Positions 32,588-34,363 of a stretch of 34,363 bases of DNA are shown piece by piece. The DNA is taken from contig JALAIB010000086.1 of the NCBI GenBank assembly GCA_023645945.1, positions 1-34,363 on the forward strand, read 5' to 3'. This DNA is from Diploschistes diacapsis (Eukaryota). The notes under the pieces were generated by a model that saw nothing but the letters and a program-made list of their open reading frames with translations, was not told the DNA's origin and did no database searches. A program made the position numbers and the translations under genes. Within the stretch, counting starts at the first letter, position 1, and each line of letters starts with the position of its first letter.

Positions 32588-33056
32588 ACACCGCAGATGG
32601 ATATGGCGGCACGAGATACGATGATGGGTCATGGATAGTCTGGCGTTGACATGGGCTTCTATGGACGCAAGCATAGGTAGCTTCACATAGACTTGCGTGA
32701 ATATTTGCTATCAATATCTTGTTGATCCTTGATTTCTTCCGCATCATCTTTCCGCCTGAGCATCGTCAACTCATTCCAAGTGCAGGATACTAGAGTCTCA
32801 CCAAGGTTGTTTTATCTAGAACTGTAATAAGTATCTCAGACAATCAATGACTACTCATTTCCACTGCAAGTATTCTATTGAAGCTGACGTATATCCACCC
32901 TTCAACGAGGCTGGGTTGGTCAATCCTTGCATGAGTTGTGAGCGCTACAGAGATATAGGGCTGAAGAAGTGTACCGGCCAGGCTCCGGTATATAATTGTG
33001 TCTGAATCGGGTTATTTTGCTTTGCTCTTGCATATTTCTGTTAGTGCAGTGCAGTC

Positions 33057-34363
33057 ATGGACCTCAAGAGCTCTGCCTCTGCTGCGATTGACGATCATGA
33101 AGCCAGGCATCTTTCCCCGAAATCAAATTCATGGAGCTGGAAACTGGCACCATGGGCGTTCGCAGCCGCGGGACTCTTCCTTATGTACTGGTTCGACCAT
33201 CTCGGTATATCTGTTACACGCCCATGGGATCGTAGTTTGATATCAGGCGTGGAAAGTCCTCGGGAGAATCTCAATGGCTTTGCATGGAAAGACGTATGTC
33301 TCGTAGCACATTTGAACTATGGGAATGCTCTAATCGCAATGAAAACAGATTACACCCTCGCCGAAGCTTGAATACACTTCGTGTTTCAGTGGCTTCGAAT
33401 GTGCAAGATTGCAGGTCCCACTAGACTGGAACTCGACGGACGTAAAGAGTCTCAAGGCCAACATAGCCATCATTAGAAAACCTGCCCTTGTGCCTGTAAC
33501 AGATCCGCGATACGGTGGGCCGATACTCATCAATCCTGGTACAATCACCACTACTCTTGTGATGTATGCACACAATGAATACTAAACCGCAACAGGTGGT
33601 CCAGGAGGCTCTGGGGTCCAATTTGTGGCCGCCGTAGGTGAGGCCTTGCAGACGATTGTCGACTCTGGATCCGAGGGTGGGAAATACTTCGACATCGTCA
33701 GCTTCGATCCAAGAGGAATCAACAATACTACTCCAACGGTGCCCGGCATCAAGGATCCTGGAGTGCTCCGTGAGTACAAACAGAAGTCTACGGATTTCGG
33801 CTTCTCGGTCGACGACGAGGAGTCTTTCAACAAGATCTTCGAGTTGAACCGCCTGTATGGACGCCTCATCTCATCGCCCGAGAACGGTGGTCTCGAGAAC
33901 GGTGAACACATCGGGAACTTCATTGGCACGGCGAGTGTCGCCCGGGACATGCTAGAGATCGCTGAGCGACATGGCGAATGGAGAGAGGAAACCGCCCGGT
34001 GCAGGCTCGATTGCCAATGCAGCGACATCTGCCATGACCCGCTGGATGGCCTCGATTACGAGAACAACGTCGCCACTACGATTGAGCGCACGGCGTGGCG
34101 CAAAGGTGCCGAGAAGCTCCAATACTGGGGCTTCTCCTACGGCACGATCCTAGGCCAGACCTTCGCATCCATGTACCCCGAGCGCGTGGGGCGGCTAGTC
34201 CTGGACGGCGTGGCAAACGTAACGGACTACTACGCCGGCGAATGGTTCACGTCGATGCGCAACGCCGAGGACATCAACGCCAACTTCAGCGCCGCCTGCG
34301 CTGCCGCCGGCCCTTCCCTCTGTCCAATGGCAAATTGGACGGCACCAAACCTCTCCCCCCAAG
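33057..34363 (+). CDS. TAP-like (tripeptidyl aminopeptidase-like) alpha/beta-hydrolase peptidase with N-terminal membrane anchor, 3'-truncated by the window; exons 33057..33293, 33349..33538, 33596..>34363
   Basis: FECARLQVPLDW, ILINP/GGPGGSG, FDIVSFDPRGI, GTASVARDM, nucleophile motif YWGFSYGT, YPERVGRLVLDGV. Hydrophobic segment WAFAAAGLFLMYWF near the N-terminus. Confidence 0.93.

Overview
Genomic DNA of a filamentous ascomycete (Pezizomycotina-type short spliceosomal introns with CTRAC/CTAAT branch points). Ten apparently intact protein-coding genes can be reconstructed by hand: the developmental regulator medA (-), mitochondrial malate dehydrogenase (-), an intronless orphan ORF (-), three tandem + strand genes (SDR oxidoreductase, NTF2/SnoaL-like protein, NAD(P)-binding Rossmann protein), met8-type siroheme synthase (-) head-to-head with pep7/vac1 (+), a small MGRW-type conserved fungal protein (+), and a TAP-like alpha/beta-hydrolase peptidase (+) that runs off the right end. 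There are also two tandem disrupted MYND-finger paralogs, other possible gene relics and several microsatellites. The most interesting signal is the medA 5' leader inside an ~8.7 kb stretch with no intact gene. It appears to be spliced, to join an AUG-less in-frame exon with a CUG in strong Kozak context to the medA start, and to hide an AUG-initiated uORF inside a small leader intron. That suggests a splicing-coupled uORF/non-AUG initiation switch, which is inference and untested. Non-canonical splice sites are also present (two GC-AG introns, one GAG acceptor). No tRNA, rRNA, CRISPR array or intact transposon was recognised. All product calls come from recognising motifs by eye; no database search was run.
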